DNA of 64,000 nt, from the NCBI GenBank assembly GCA_040285825.1, contig JAUPSS010000013.1, positions 372,001 through 436,000 on the forward strand, in the 5' to 3' direction. The position numbers and the translations under genes were made by a program. Positions 63,391 to 64,000 of this stretch are shown one piece after another. The DNA is from Eukaryota sp. TZLM1-RC (Eukaryota; Protista; Metamonada: BaSk clade). The notes below the pieces were generated by a model. It ran no database searches, was not told the origin of the DNA, and saw nothing but the letters and a program-made list of their open reading frames with translations. The first letter of the stretch is position 1. Each line of letters opens with the position of its first letter.

Positions 63391-64000
63391 TTTCTAGAAA
63401 AAGCAGATATGAAAATCACTTTAAAATACAAGAAGCTATTTGAATCGAGAATTTTTGATTTTGTTCAGTAACCTTAATAACAGGATAACCAAATAAAACT
63501 CATAAAAAGAACATACTATTATTCTATTATTTTACTGATTTTTCACAAACATTCACCTGATGTATGTTGTTCCTTTTTGTACATCAAGTCTATCTACACC
63601 TGAAAATAGTGTAAAGATCTACATTATGAATGTTTAGAAATTTCACCGTGTATACAATTAATTTCAGCCATATAATTACAAAATACATACCATTAAAAAA
63701 CATAAATTCCACTTTTTTCAGCTGCAAAAATTGTTCATTTCATCAATATTTCGAAAATATACAAAGGTAAACGTGTTTTCTAAGGTATTCGTGCATAGTT
63801 GGTGATTATTATATCTATAAAGTAAGAAATCGAATGTTTAAGACATGTTGGTACAAGGACAAAAGTGAAGAATTGTATAAGGTTGAGAGGAAGGATTGGA
63901 GGAATAAGTAGTGAGGAGAACGAGTATTGGACAATTATGCATCTAAAAAACAACACCACTTGATAATTAAAGAATTTATATTAAAAATGCAAAAAGACTA

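Overview
AT-rich eukaryotic (protist-like) genomic DNA. Short 28-33 nt spliceosomal introns with a fixed branch-point-to-AG spacing are consistent with a metamonad-type genome; the organism cannot be named from sequence alone. Islands of host genes lie among dense retroelement sequence: an RluA-family pseudouridine synthase, a bacterial-type GNAT with an intron, an SPFH/Band-7 protein, a GSK3-like kinase, a UBAC2-like rhomboid-UBA protein, an LRR protein with a ~3.4 kb acidic tandem repeat, and several hypotheticals. The retroelements comprise at least seven families of CRE-like non-LTR elements (RT plus restriction-like endonuclease) and three Ty3/Gypsy families with chromodomain-like integrase tails, one full length with identical 136-bp LTRs (55047-62786). 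Main observations: (1) an ~828-bp miniature LTR element has inserted twice, independently (opposite orientations, different TSDs), into two divergent Gypsy families at integrase positions only 3 codons apart; (2) three LTR families lack a tRNA-type primer-binding site and instead share a covarying 12-bp palindrome/hairpin across the 5'LTR end, suggesting tRNA-independent priming; (3) a CRE element is nested in another CRE family close to the homologous codon; (4) an in-frame TGA is shared by independently inserted CRE copies; (5) a highly structured ~230-nt intergenic RNA candidate has RNase MRP/P-like motifs. Many single-base frameshifts fall in homopolymers and are probably assembly errors. 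Family letters (A-H) are my own labels, and fragment boundaries are approximate unless a TSD or LTR is given.
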